Positions 9,421 to 21,844 of a stretch of 64,000 bases of DNA are shown piece after piece (positions within the stretch are counted from its first letter, which is position 1; every line of letters starts with the position of its first letter). Location: positions 448,001-512,000 of the forward strand of contig CAWGMA010000003.1 of NCBI GenBank assembly GCA_963823555.1, read 5' to 3'. The stretch comes from Candidatus Eiseniibacteriota bacterium (lineage in GTDB: Bacteria; Eisenbacteria; RBG-16-71-46; CAVPCR01). Position numbers and translations under genes: made by a program. The notes below the pieces were generated by a model. That model saw only the letters and a list, made by a program, of their open reading frames with translations. It made no database searches and had not been told where the DNA came from.

Positions 9421-10599
9421 ATGAGGGACCGAACGAAGCTGCTCTGGATCGCGGCCGCGTTCCTCGTGGCCTGGTTCCTGCCCGCCGGAAATGCGCGCGT
9501 CCAGGGCGCGATCCTCGAGGCCTTCGCCATGGTCCACGAGTACGCCCGCGACCATGTGCTCCTCTGCCTCGTGCCGGCCTTCTTCATCGCTGGCGCGATC
9601 AGCGTGTTCGTCAGCCAGGCCTCGGTGATGCGGTACCTGGGCGCCGGCGCCTCGAAGTGGGTGGCCTACCCGGTCGCCGCGGTCTCCGGCACGATCCTCG
9701 CGATCTGCTCCTGCACGGTCCTCCCGCTCTTCTCCGGAATCCACAAGCGAGGCGCAGGGCTCGGTCCGGCGACCGCCTTCCTCTACTCGGGTCCGGCCAT
9801 CAATGTCCTCGCGATCATCCTCACCGCCCGCGTGCTCGGGCCCGAGATCAGCATCGCCCGCGCCGTCGGGGCGATCGCGTTCGCCGTCGTCATCGGGCTC
9901 CTCATGCACCTCATCTTCCGGCGGGAAGAGGAGGGGCGCGCAGCCGCCGCAGCCGCACCACTGGACCTTCCGGCGCCCTCGCGGCGGCTCTGGCAGGACG
10001 GTGTCTTCTTCGCGAGCATGATGGGCGTCCTCGTCTTCGTGAACTGGGGGCGCCCTGTCGGGCCGGACAGCGCCATCTGGGCGGCGATCTTCCAGGGCAA
10101 GTGGTTGATCTCGGTCGTCTTCCTCGCCGCCGTGGTCGCGGCGATCGCCCGCTGGTTCCAGCGGGACGAGCTCGGCGCCTGGGTCGAATCCACCTGGGGA
10201 TTCGCCAAGCAGATCCTGCCGCTCCTGCTTGCCGGAGTCCTCGTTGCTGGCTTCCTGCTCGGGCGGCCGGGGCGTGAGGGGCTCATCCCCTCGGCGTGGG
10301 TCGCCCGACTCGTCGGCGGCAACAGCCTATCTGCGAACCTCTTCGCCGCCTGCTCCGGGGCCTTCATGTACTTCGCCACCTTGACCGAGGTGCCGATCCT
10401 CCAGGGGCTCATGGGCTCCGGCATGGGGAAGGGGCCGGCGCTCGCGCTCCTCCTGGCCGGGCCGGCCCTGTCCCTCCCGAGCATGCTCGTCATCCGGAGC
10501 GTCATCGGGATGAAGAAGACGATCGTCTATGTCTCCCTCGTCATTGTGCTCTCGACGGCGGCAGGGCTCGTCTATGGCTCGCTCTTTCCGGGGAGGTGA
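9421..10599 (+). CDS. ArsP-like (DUF318) permease
   Basis: CSCTVLPLF, FLYSGPAINVLA, YFATLTEVPI, GPALSLP motifs; multiple TM helices. Confidence 0.88.
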   Translation: MRDRTKLLWIAAAFLVAWFLPAGNARVQGAILEAFAMVHEYARDHVLLCLVPAFFIAGAISVFVSQASVMRYLGAGASKWVAYPVAAVSGTILAICSCTVLPLFSGIHKRGAGLGPATAFLYSGPAINVLAIILTARVLGPEISIARAVGAIAFAVVIGLLMHLIFRREEEGRAAAAAAPLDLPAPSRRLWQDGVFFASMMGVLVFVNWGRPVGPDSAIWAAIFQGKWLISVVFLAAVVAAIARWFQRDELGAWVESTWGFAKQILPLLLAGVLVAGFLLGRPGREGLIPSAWVARLVGGNSLSANLFAACSGAFMYFATLTEVPILQGLMGSGMGKGPALALLLAGPALSLPSMLVIRSVIGMKKTIVYVSLVIVLSTAAGLVYGSLFPGR

Positions 10600-10681
10600 C
10601 AGGGATGCTGCCTGGAAACATCGAACCCCGCGTGTCGAGCCCGGCCAGTCGACTCATTGCAGATTTCAAGGAGGACGCTCC

Positions 10682-10915
10682 ATGTCCAAGATCCAAGTGC
10701 TCGGCCCCGGCTGTCCGAATTGTCAGCTCCTCTACGAGCGCACGAAGCAGGTGGCCCGGGAGATCGGTCTCGAGTGCGAGATCGAGAAGGTCTCAGACCT
10801 CGACCAGATCGTGAGCTTCGGCATTCTCTCGACTCCCGCCCTCGTCGTCGGGGGCAAGGTCAAGGTGAGTGGTCGCGTCCCGACCGTCGCCCAGCTGAAG
10901 GAGATCCTTGCATGA
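10682..10915 (+). CDS. Small thioredoxin-like redox-active disulfide protein (MTH895/ArsE-like)
   Basis: [31 protein letters not shown]. Confidence 0.9.
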   Translation: MSKIQVLGPGCPNCQLLYERTKQVAREIGLECEIEKVSDLDQIVSFGILSTPALVVGGKVKVSGRVPTVAQLKEILA

Positions 10916-11445
10916 CGCCGCTTCTCTCCCGCATCGAGGATGCAACGGGCCGCCCATCCGTTCGTCGACATCGCCGCCTAGCTTTCCTCCTCCTCGCCCT
11001 CGCCGCCGGCGGCTGGGTGCTCCCGGGGAGCGCCCAGGCCGACCCGCCGGCCTCGAAGGCTCATCCCGACACCACGGCGGCGGCCGCCGACTCGACGGTC
11101 GCGCACCGCGTGCGCGCCTACTACTTCCACACGACCTGGCGCTGCGACTCGTGCCGGAAGATCGAGGCGTACACGTCCGAAGCGATCACGACCGGCTTCG
11201 CCGCGGAGCTCGAGGACGGCCGGCTGGTCTTCCAGGCCGTGAACATCGAAGAGGAGGCGAACGAGCACTTCATCGACGACTACAAGCTCTTCACGAAGTC
11301 GGTCGTGCTCGTGGATGAGCACTCCGGGAAGCAGGTGGCCTGGAAGAACCTCCCCAAGGTGTGGGAGCTCCTGGGCGACAAGGGGGCTTTCATCCGCTAC
11401 ATCCAGGGTGAGACGCGCGCCTATCTGGGCCGCAAGCCGTCATGA
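10912..11445 (+). CDS. Exported thioredoxin-fold protein, ArsF-like
   Basis: Signal-like N-terminus, YYFHTTWRCDSC motif, ATGA overlap with upstream gene. Confidence 0.8.
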   Translation: MTPLLSRIEDATGRPSVRRHRRLAFLLLALAAGGWVLPGSAQADPPASKAHPDTTAAAADSTVAHRVRAYYFHTTWRCDSCRKIEAYTSEAITTGFAAELEDGRLVFQAVNIEEEANEHFIDDYKLFTKSVVLVDEHSGKQVAWKNLPKVWELLGDKGAFIRYIQGETRAYLGRKPS

Positions 11446-12134
11446 CGGCGCTCTTCGTCGCGATCGGAACCGCCCTCTGGCTCGGGATCCTCACCTCGAT
11501 CAGCCCGTGCCCGCTCGCCTCGAACGTGGCCGCGATCTCCTACGTCGGGCGCAGCGTCGGGAGCCCGGGGCGGGTGCTCCTCGCCGGGTTCCTCTACTCG
11601 CTCGGGCGCGCGCTCACCTACGTGCTCGTTGGCGCGCTCGTCGTCTCGAGCGTGCTCTCGGTGCCGAGCGTGTCGTTCTTCCTCCAGGAGCGGATGAACC
11701 AGATCCTCGGGCCGCTTCTCATCCTGATCGGAGTCGGGATCCTGGGCTGGCTCCGGCTGCCGCTCCCGAACTGGAACGTCGGCGCGGCGATCCGGGAGCA
11801 CACCGCCCGGTCGGGGGTCGCCGGCGCCGGTCTCCTCGGAGTGCTCTTCGCGCTATCCTTCTGCCCGGTCTCGGCCGGGCTCTTCTTCGGCGCGCTCATC
11901 CCGCTCGCGGTGAATGCCCATTCGCGCGTGCTCCTGCCGGCGGTCTACGGTCTCGGCACGGGCCTGCCGGTGGTGGCCGTCTCCGTGCTCCTGGTCCTCG
12001 GCGCCCAGGGGATCGGCCGGGCATTCAACGTCCTGACGAGGATCGAGCGCGTCGCGCGGCCGCTGACCGGCGCGGTTTTCGTCCTCGCCGGGCTCTACCT
12101 CACGGTCATCCACGTCTTCGGCGTCAACCTCTAG
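11442..12134 (+). CDS. ArsG/CcdA-like membrane protein
   Basis: SISPCPLASN and ALSFCPVSA paired PC/CP motifs, about 6 TM helices. Confidence 0.82.
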   Translation: MTALFVAIGTALWLGILTSISPCPLASNVAAISYVGRSVGSPGRVLLAGFLYSLGRALTYVLVGALVVSSVLSVPSVSFFLQERMNQILGPLLILIGVGILGWLRLPLPNWNVGAAIREHTARSGVAGAGLLGVLFALSFCPVSAGLFFGALIPLAVNAHSRVLLPAVYGLGTGLPVVAVSVLLVLGAQGIGRAFNVLTRIERVARPLTGAVFVLAGLYLTVIHVFGVNL

Positions 12135-12205
12135 AGCGTGGGGGAGCTTGAAGAGGCCACCGGCACGAGCGGTCGGCGGCCTCGCGGGAGCGCGCCCCGG
12201 GTCGT

Positions 12206-12235
12206 TTGACACCGCCGCTGCCGCCATGATAGCCT
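12206..12235 (+). promoter_or_regulatory. Sigma70 promoter of atp operon
   Basis: TTGACA-18bp-TAGCCT with TGn extension. Confidence 0.6.
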
Positions 12236-12481
12236 CCGCCGGCTTGCGCCATTTTTCACAAGCCTCACCGAGCACCGTAACCCCAAGTAAAACTGTTCGT
12301 TGCAATCGCAGGGGGATGGCGGTTAGCGAGACCGGGCAACTCCCCGCCGGTGACTGGCGCGCCGTCCAGAGCGGCGGGCTGGCGGCTGGCGAGGCCGGCA
12401 GGGTTGTGAGGTGGTGCGGGCGCGCAAGCCCCCACCTCCGATCAGCGTCCCGGTGACGCTCAGAGGCAGGCCTTGGCGCGA

Positions 12482-12730
12482 ATGTCGAAGGAGCAGGCGC
12501 GGCTCGCGCGGCAGGTCGGAATCCTCACGGTTATCCCGTTCATGCTGCTGGCTGGCCCGTTGCTCGGTTACGTGGTCGGGAGCTGGCTCGATCGCAAACT
12601 CGGCACCGAGCCCGTGCTGCTCATCGTGTCGATCATCGTCGGACTCATAGCCTCCGGGCGCGAGACGTACGAGTTGATCAAGCTCGCGAGCCGCGAAGAT
12701 GTTGAGGGTGATAAGGGCGATGGTAGATGA
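12482..12730 (+). CDS. atpZ: AtpZ/AtpI family protein
   Basis: GYVVGSWLDRKLGTEP motif; first gene of atp operon. Confidence 0.85.
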   Translation: MSKEQARLARQVGILTVIPFMLLAGPLLGYVVGSWLDRKLGTEPVLLIVSIIVGLIASGRETYELIKLASREDVEGDKGDGR

Positions 12731-13133
12731 AGCGGGCAAGGGTACCGGCTATGTCCAGAAGATCGCCCTGGCCAGCATCGGTAGCGGGCTCGTCCTAGCC
12801 ATTGTGCTCCTGGGACTTGGATTCGGCAACTGGGGCGCCGGTGTTCTCGCCGGCGATCTGTGGGCCGTCGGTAACCTCTACTGTGTGCGTTTCGTGTTGC
12901 AGCGAGTGCTCGTGACGGAAGAGGAGCGGCGCGCTCATCCGAGTCCGTTCGGACTCCTCCTCGGCCTCTCGGTCAAGTTTCCCCTTCTCTACGGACTTGG
13001 ATATCTGATGCTCAGCTCCGGTTGGTTCCGTACTGAAGGTCTGGTGATCGGACTCATCGTGCCCTTCGCGGTGGCCTTTGCCGATGCTCTGGCCCAGTTC
13101 GCCGCCGAGAGGCGGCAGGCGGCCGCGTCATGA
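12720..13133 (+). CDS. atpI: ATP synthase protein I-like membrane protein
   Basis: Four hydrophobic segments; position between atpZ and atpB. Confidence 0.7.
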   Translation: MVDEAGKGTGYVQKIALASIGSGLVLAIVLLGLGFGNWGAGVLAGDLWAVGNLYCVRFVLQRVLVTEEERRAHPSPFGLLLGLSVKFPLLYGLGYLMLSSGWFRTEGLVIGLIVPFAVAFADALAQFAAERRQAAAS

Positions 13134-14242
13134 CCGGACGTCCCGAACGGGTGAGTCCCCGCGCCGCGCGAGGCGACAGGAGCACGTTTCGGCGCTGGTT
13201 CCGGTTGGGTCTCGTTTTCGCCGCGCTCGTCACGCTGGCGAGCTTGCCGGCACTACGGCCCGGCCGGCTGGTGCCGCCGGCATCGGGCCAGCACCCGGGG
13301 ACGGTGGAGCCCGGTACGGCGGATACGGAGGCAGAAGAGCAAACTGCGGCGCCGCATGGCGTCGCGGAGCACGGGGCCACGGAACCCGGCGCCACAGAGC
13401 ACGGGGCCACAGAGCCCGGCGCCACAGAGCACGGGGCCACAGAGCACGGGGCCACAGAGCACGGCGCTCCGCACTCGGAGCATCCACCCGAGCTCCCCAA
13501 CCTCATCACCATCCTCTACGATCGCTATCCCGACGCTGCCTGGGCCCAGTTCCTGCACACCTGGGAGAACCAGGCGTTCATGTTCCTCTATATCATGGTC
13601 ATCCTCGTGGTGGCGGCCGCCGGATCGCGCGCGCTCAATCGCATCCCAGGTCCGCTGCAGAACGGCGTCGAGTTCGTGGTCGAGAGCCTCGACGACTTCG
13701 TGACGGGCATCCTCGGACCGCAGGGCCGCCGGCTGGTGCCGTTCCTGGGCACGCTCTTCGTATTCATCCTGACCATGAACTACGCCGGGCTCGTGCCGTT
13801 CTTGAAGTCGCCGACCGCGAACCTCAATACGACGCTGGCCATGGCGCTGTGCGTCTTCTTCTACGTGCAATGGACGGGGATCCGGTCGTTCGGCATCGTC
13901 GGTTACCTCGATCACCTGGCCGGCTCGCCCCGGGATCTGGTCGGCTTCATCCTGATGCCGATCATGTTGCCGCTGCATATTGTCGGCGAGCTGGTGAAGC
14001 CGATGAGCCTCTCCCTCCGTCTCTTCGGCAATGTCACCGGCGAGGACGTCCTTCTGGCCGTCTTCGTCGGCCTGGGCGTGGGGTTGCTCGGGGCTTTCGT
14101 GCATGGGTTGCCCTTCGGCATCCCCCTGCAGGCGATTGTCTATCCGCTGCTCCTCATCTTCGGATTCATTCAGGCTCTGGTCTTCACCCTGCTCAGCACC
14201 ATCTACTTCTTCATGATGCTTCCCCACGAGGAGCATCACTAG
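13130..14242 (+). CDS. atpB: F0 subunit a with long N-terminal extension
   Basis: [37 protein letters not shown]. Confidence 0.96.
   Translation: MTGRPERVSPRAARGDRSTFRRWFRLGLVFAALVTLASLPALRPGRLVPPASGQHPGTVEPGTADTEAEEQTAAPHGVAEHGATEPGATEHGATEPGATEHGATEHGATEHGAPHSEHPPELPNLITILYDRYPDAAWAQFLHTWENQAFMFLYIMVILVVAAAGSRALNRIPGPLQNGVEFVVESLDDFVTGILGPQGRRLVPFLGTLFVFILTMNYAGLVPFLKSPTANLNTTLAMALCVFFYVQWTGIRSFGIVGYLDHLAGSPRDLVGFILMPIMLPLHIVGELVKPMSLSLRLFGNVTGEDVLLAVFVGLGVGLLGAFVHGLPFGIPLQAIVYPLLLIFGFIQALVFTLLSTIYFFMMLPHEEHH
13364..13468 (+). repeat. Seven 15-bp coding repeats ([10 protein letters not shown]) in atpB
   Basis: ACAGAGCACGGGGCC-like units visible directly. Confidence 0.95.
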
Positions 14243-14306
14243 GGGAGAAGGGCCGGTCCTGCCGGCCCCTCGGACACGAACGACTCTGAAAGGGGGTCTT
14301 ACGTTC

Positions 14307-14543
14307 ATGGATCACAGCGCAACCATCGGACTCGCTCTCCCGATCGGTCTGGGGATCGCCGCCTTCGGGTCCGCTTTCGGTCTCGGCCGCGCGGTCGGTG
14401 CCGCCATGGAGGCGATCGGTCGCCAGCCGGAAGCGGCGGCCAAGATCCAGACTGCCATGATCATCGGCTGCGCGCTCATCGAGGCGCTCACCATCTACGC
14501 CCTGGTCAGCGTGTTCGTGCTGCAGGGGAAGATCGGCAGTTAG
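14307..14543 (+). CDS. atpE: F0 subunit c
   Basis: GRQPEA loop, ALIEALTIY with the conserved carboxylate. Confidence 0.97.
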   Translation: MDHSATIGLALPIGLGIAAFGSAFGLGRAVGAAMEAIGRQPEAAAKIQTAMIIGCALIEALTIYALVSVFVLQGKIGS

Positions 14544-14609
14544 GGCGATCAACCGGGAGGCGCGGCGGCGGTATTCGCCGGAGCAGCGCCTCGAGGTCCA
14601 GGGAACGCG

Positions 14610-15101
14610 ATGCTTGAGATCAGCTGGCCACAGCTCATAACCAACGTCATCGGCTTCTTGATTCTCTTTCTCGGGCTCAAGCGCTTGGCCTGGGGGCCGA
14701 TCCTCGGCCTCCTCGAGGAGCGCCAGAGCCGCATCAAGAAGGAGATCGAGACGGTCGAGCAGGCCAGGCAGCAAGCCGCCGCGCTCGAAGCCGAGTTCGA
14801 GAACAAGCTCAAGGAGATCGATGCCCTCGCGCGCAAGCGCATCGAGGAGGCCGTGCGCGAGGCGCAGGCGGTGGGCGCGGACATGAAGGAGAAGGCGCGT
14901 CTGGAGGCCGCCGCAATCTACGAGAAGGCCAAGGCCGATATCGAACGCGAGCGCGAGCAGGCGCGAGTGGCGCTCCGTGATGACCTGGTGAAGATGGTGA
15001 TGGTTGCCGGCGAGAAGGTGCTCCGCGTGCAACTGACGCCGGGGGTGCACGAGCAACTCATCACCCGGTACATCGACGAGCTCGAAGGCATCAAGCCGTA
15101 G
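14610..15101 (+). CDS. atpF: F0 subunit b
   Basis: N-terminal TM, WGPILGLLEERQ, long coiled coil. Confidence 0.95.
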   Translation: MLEISWPQLITNVIGFLILFLGLKRLAWGPILGLLEERQSRIKKEIETVEQARQQAAALEAEFENKLKEIDALARKRIEEAVREAQAVGADMKEKARLEAAAIYEKAKADIEREREQARVALRDDLVKMVMVAGEKVLRVQLTPGVHEQLITRYIDELEGIKP

Positions 15102-15116
15102 CGGAGCGGAGGGATC

Positions 15117-15698
15117 GTGCCTCGGTCAGCGACCCAGAGCAGCGGAACGCATATCAACTCCGGTCTTGCGCGCCGGTACGCCGCCGCGCTCTATGCGAGC
15201 GCCAAGCAGCGGGGCGTGCAGGACCAGGTCGAAGCGGACCTGACATCCGTCGTGGAGCTGCTCAAAGCCGAGCGCGCTTTCCGCGATTTCCTCCTCAAGC
15301 CGGATGTCCTCGACGAGCAAAAAGCGGAGATCGTGACGCGGAGCCTGGGGCCGCGCGTGCGGCCGCTCACGCTCCACTTCCTTCAGCTCCTGCTCAAGAA
15401 GCGGCGTCTCGACCACCTGGAGGTGATCCAGGAGGTCATGCGCGAACTCATCGAGACCGACCGCGGGATCGTTCATGCCAGGGTGACGACGGCGGTCGAG
15501 CTCAAGCCCGAGCTCAGGGAGAAGCTCAAGGCCCGCCTGGAGGCGACCACCCGTAAGACGATCATCCTCGACCTCGAGGTCGATCCGGAGATCATCGGCG
15601 GGGTCGTCGTCCTTCTCCACAACCAGCTCGTGGACGGGAGCTTGCGGCGGGAGCTGGATCGCCTGCGCGACGATTTGATGGCGGTGCGCGTCATCTAG
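15117..15698 (+). CDS. atpH: F1 subunit delta
   Basis: ARRYAAAL, VTTAVEL, VDPEIIGG, DGSLR. Confidence 0.95.
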   Translation: MPRSATQSSGTHINSGLARRYAAALYASAKQRGVQDQVEADLTSVVELLKAERAFRDFLLKPDVLDEQKAEIVTRSLGPRVRPLTLHFLQLLLKKRRLDHLEVIQEVMRELIETDRGIVHARVTTAVELKPELREKLKARLEATTRKTIILDLEVDPEIIGGVVVLLHNQLVDGSLRRELDRLRDDLMAVRVI

Positions 15699-15753
15699 GT
15701 GACGCCGGAAGATTGCTCGAGATAGACGACCTCGAAACAGGGAGCTAGAAGTC

Positions 15754-17289
<1,536 letters not shown>

Positions 17290-17298
17290 CGGAAAGCC

Positions 17299-18174
17299 AT
17301 GAGCTCCCTACGTGTTCTCAAGCGGCGCATCCGCAGCGTCCAGAGCACGCAGCAGATCACCAAGGCCATGGAGATGGTCTCGGCCTCGAAGCTGCGCCGG
17401 GCGCAGAGGGCAGCCGAGTCGGCCCGGCCTTACGGCCAGGCCATGGGCGCCATCCTCGAGCATCTGGCCGAGGCCACGGCGGCCCGCGACCATCCGCTCT
17501 TCGAGCTGCGGGCGGAGGGGCCGGTGCTCCTCGTCGTGATCTCGGCCGATCGCGGGTTGTGCGGCTCGTTCAATACCAATGTCGTGCGCCGCGCGGTCCA
17601 GTTCTTGAAAGAGCGCTCGGGCGACGAGGTCGAGCTCATGTTCGCCGGCAAGAAGGCCTGGGAGTACTTCCGCCGGCGGAGCTGGCCCATGACCGGCGTC
17701 TACAAGGATTTCGGCGGCCGGCTCGAGCTCGAGCGGGCGCAGGAGATCACCGACGATCTGATCGGCCGCTTCACGGCGCGCCAGGTGCGCGAGGTGCACC
17801 TCTTGACATCGCGCTTCGTGACCACGCTCGTCCGGCGGGTGGTGGTGGAGCCGTTCCTGCCCATCGTCGCGGCGCCGCCGGCGGACGGGACCGCAGCGTC
17901 GAGCGCGGACCTCGCCGTCGAGTACATCTTCGAGCCATCGCCCGAGGAGATCTACTCGCGCCTCCTGCCGCGCTACGCGCTGACCCGGGTCATGGCGGCG
18001 ATGCTCGAATCGTTCGCCTCCGAGCATTCGGCGCGCATGGTGGCGATGGGATCGGCGTCGAAGAACGCGGAAGAGATGATCGCGGACCTGGTCCTGCTCC
18101 GGAACCGGATCCGGCAGGCGGCGATCACCAAGGAAATCTCGGAGCTGGTCGGGGGCGCGGAGGCGCTCCGGTAG
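17299..18174 (+). CDS. atpG: F1 subunit gamma
   Basis: QITKAMEMVS, DRGLCGSFN, RQAAITKEISE. Confidence 0.98.
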   Translation: MSSLRVLKRRIRSVQSTQQITKAMEMVSASKLRRAQRAAESARPYGQAMGAILEHLAEATAARDHPLFELRAEGPVLLVVISADRGLCGSFNTNVVRRAVQFLKERSGDEVELMFAGKKAWEYFRRRSWPMTGVYKDFGGRLELERAQEITDDLIGRFTARQVREVHLLTSRFVTTLVRRVVVEPFLPIVAAPPADGTAASSADLAVEYIFEPSPEEIYSRLLPRYALTRVMAAMLESFASEHSARMVAMGSASKNAEEMIADLVLLRNRIRQAAITKEISELVGGAEALR

Positions 18175-18238
18175 CACGGCGGAGACAGGACCGGGCGGAA
18201 CGCCCGCGGGCGATCGATCGCCAGGAGAAGCGACTGGA

Positions 18239-19673
<1,435 letters not shown>

Positions 19674-19676
19674 GCG

Positions 19677-20102
19677 ATGGCGGAACCGGTCTTCACGCTC
19701 GAGATCCTCACCCCGAGCCGGCAGGAGTTCACCGGCAAGGTGACTTCGCTCGTCGCCCCGGGGATCGCGGGCTACCTGGGCGTCCTCGCCCATCACGCCC
19801 CGCTCATCACGCCGCTCGCCGCGGGGAACCTCGAGGTCAAGCTGCCGTCCGGCGAGACCCTGTTCTTCTACGTGAGCGGAGGGTTCCTCGAGGTCTCACG
19901 CAACCGCGCCATCGTGCTCGCCGACGCGCTCGAGCCGGCCAAGGAGATCGATCCGGCGACGGCCGAGGCGGCGGTCCGGGCGGCGCGCGAGGCCCGGCGC
20001 GAGGCGACGGCACCGCCGGCCGTGGAACGGGCCGAACTCGAGCTGTCGCAGGCGCGGGCGCGCCTGCGCGCCGCGCGCAAGCAACGCGGCGAGCTCAACT
20101 GA
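19677..20102 (+). CDS. atpC: F1 subunit epsilon
   Basis: LEILTP, GVLAHHAP, VSGGFLEV, C-terminal helices. Confidence 0.96.
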   Translation: MAEPVFTLEILTPSRQEFTGKVTSLVAPGIAGYLGVLAHHAPLITPLAAGNLEVKLPSGETLFFYVSGGFLEVSRNRAIVLADALEPAKEIDPATAEAAVRAAREARREATAPPAVERAELELSQARARLRAARKQRGELN

Positions 20103-20167
20103 CGTAGCGGAGCCGGGTCGGCCCGGATCCCGACCGGCGACCGGGAAGCCCTGACCGGGCCGCTTGA

Positions 20168-21562
20168 CTAGACCGCCTTGAGAGCTGCGTTCAGCTCGAG
20201 GATCGCCTTCTTCCCGTCGCCGAAGAGCATCAGGGTGTTGTCGGCGGCGAAGAGCGGGTTCGGGATGCCCGCGAAGCCCGGGCTCAGGCTGCGCTTCACC
20301 ACGACCACGGTGCGTGCCTTGTCGGCATCGATGATCGGCATGCCGGCGATCGGACTCGAGGGATCGGTGCGAGCCACCGGGTTCACCACATCGTTGGCGC
20401 CGATCACGAGCGCCACATCGGTCTGCTCGAACGTCGGGTTGATCTCGTCCATCTCCTTGAGCTTGTCGTAGGAGACGTCGGCCTCGGCCAGGAGCACGTT
20501 CATGTGTCCCGGCATGCGGCCCGCCACCGGGTGAATGGCGAACTCGACCTCGATGCCGCGGGCGGTGAGAATGTTGGTGAGATCGCGCACCGCATGCTGC
20601 GCCTGCGACACCGCCATGCCGTAACCCGGGATGATCACCACGCGCTGCGCGGTGTCGAAGAGCATCGCCACTTCCTCGGGGCTCGAGGACTTGACTTTCC
20701 CCGCATAGACCTTGTCAGCGGTCGGTTGCTCGGCACCGGCGACCCCCATCTTGCCCATCAGCACATTGCCGAGCGAGCGGTTCATGGCCTTGCACATGAT
20801 CTGGGAGAGGATGATCCCCGAGGCGCCGACCAGCGAGCCGGCGATGATGAGGACATTGTTGGCCAGCACGAAACCGGTCGCCGCTCCCGCGAGCCCGGAA
20901 TAGGAGTTGAGGAGCGCGATGGCGACCGGCATGTCGGCGCCGCCGATCGGGATCACGACGAGGACGCCGAGCAGGGAGGCGACGGCCACCAGGAGCAGGT
21001 AGGGCATCATGTTGCCGGGATCGGTCACGATCCAGGCGCCGAACCCGAGGCAGATGAGAAGGAGCACGAGATTGATGAACTGCTGCCCCGGAAAGTGGAT
21101 GAAGCGGTCGGTCATCAGCTCCTGGAGCTTGGCGAAGGCGATCATGCTGCCGGTGAAGGTGACCGCACCGATGAGCCCCGAGGCCACGCTGGCGACGGCG
21201 ACCTGGGCGATGGGTGCCGAGCTCACGACGTGCGCCTCGACCAGGGCGGCTCCCGCGACCAGGACCGAAGCCGCGCCGCCGAAGCCGTTGAGGAGCGCCA
21301 CCATCTGCGGCATGGCGGTCATCTGCACCCGGGTCGCGAGCAGGGCGCCGATCGCCGAGCCGATGATGACGCCGAGGAAGATGTACTGGAACTCGACGAT
21401 GTTGCGGTCGAGGAGGGTGATCACCACCGCGAGCAGCATGCCCATGGCGCCCGTCATGTTGGCGCGCACCGCGGTGCGGGGCGAGGCCAGCCCCATGATG
21501 CCGAAGATGAAGAGGATCGACGAGATCAGGTATCCGACATTGATCAAGACTGTGGTTGGCAC
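20168..21562 (-). CDS. pntB: NAD(P) transhydrogenase subunit beta
   Basis: IGGADMPV, GYGMAVSQAQ, HPVAGRMPGHMNVLLAEA, GANDVVNP. Confidence 0.98.
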   Translation of the reverse strand: MPTTVLINVGYLISSILFIFGIMGLASPRTAVRANMTGAMGMLLAVVITLLDRNIVEFQYIFLGVIIGSAIGALLATRVQMTAMPQMVALLNGFGGAASVLVAGAALVEAHVVSSAPIAQVAVASVASGLIGAVTFTGSMIAFAKLQELMTDRFIHFPGQQFINLVLLLICLGFGAWIVTDPGNMMPYLLLVAVASLLGVLVVIPIGGADMPVAIALLNSYSGLAGAATGFVLANNVLIIAGSLVGASGIILSQIMCKAMNRSLGNVLMGKMGVAGAEQPTADKVYAGKVKSSSPEEVAMLFDTAQRVVIIPGYGMAVSQAQHAVRDLTNILTARGIEVEFAIHPVAGRMPGHMNVLLAEADVSYDKLKEMDEINPTFEQTDVALVIGANDVVNPVARTDPSSPIAGMPIIDADKARTVVVVKRSLSPGFAGIPNPLFAADNTLMLFGDGKKAILELNAALKAV

Positions 21563-21565
21563 GGC

Positions 21566-21844
21566 TCAGCCCTTCTTGCGGAACATACCCAGCATGCGGT
21601 GGGTCACCATGAACCCGCCGACGACGTTGATCGTGGCGAAGACCACGGCGGCCACGCCGAGAATCGTGCTCAGCGGATTGGGCGTACCGGCGGAGATCAT
21701 GGCACCGATGAGCGTGATCCCGGAGATGGCGTTGGACCCCGACATGAGCGGGGTATGGAGGAGCGGGGGCACCTTGGTGATCACGTAGAAGCCCACGAAC
21801 ACGGCGAGGGCGAAGATGGTGATGCTTTGCACCAGAGCTTCCAT
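21566..21844 (-). CDS. pntAB: NAD(P) transhydrogenase subunit alpha part 2
   Basis: LHTPLMSGSNAISG, NVVGGFMVTHRML. Confidence 0.96.
   Translation of the reverse strand: MEALVQSITIFALAVFVGFYVITKVPPLLHTPLMSGSNAISGITLIGAMISAGTPNPLSTILGVAAVVFATINVVGGFMVTHRMLGMFRKKG

Noticed and set aside
9421..12134. Selenocysteine readthrough in the redox genes
   Set aside because: All redox motifs use Cys codons, and TGA codons fall at natural gene ends or ATGA overlaps.
14307..14543. Na+-translocating ATP synthase
   Set aside because: Subunit c has EALTIY and lacks the Gln and E-S/T-T sodium ligands; likely H+-coupled.
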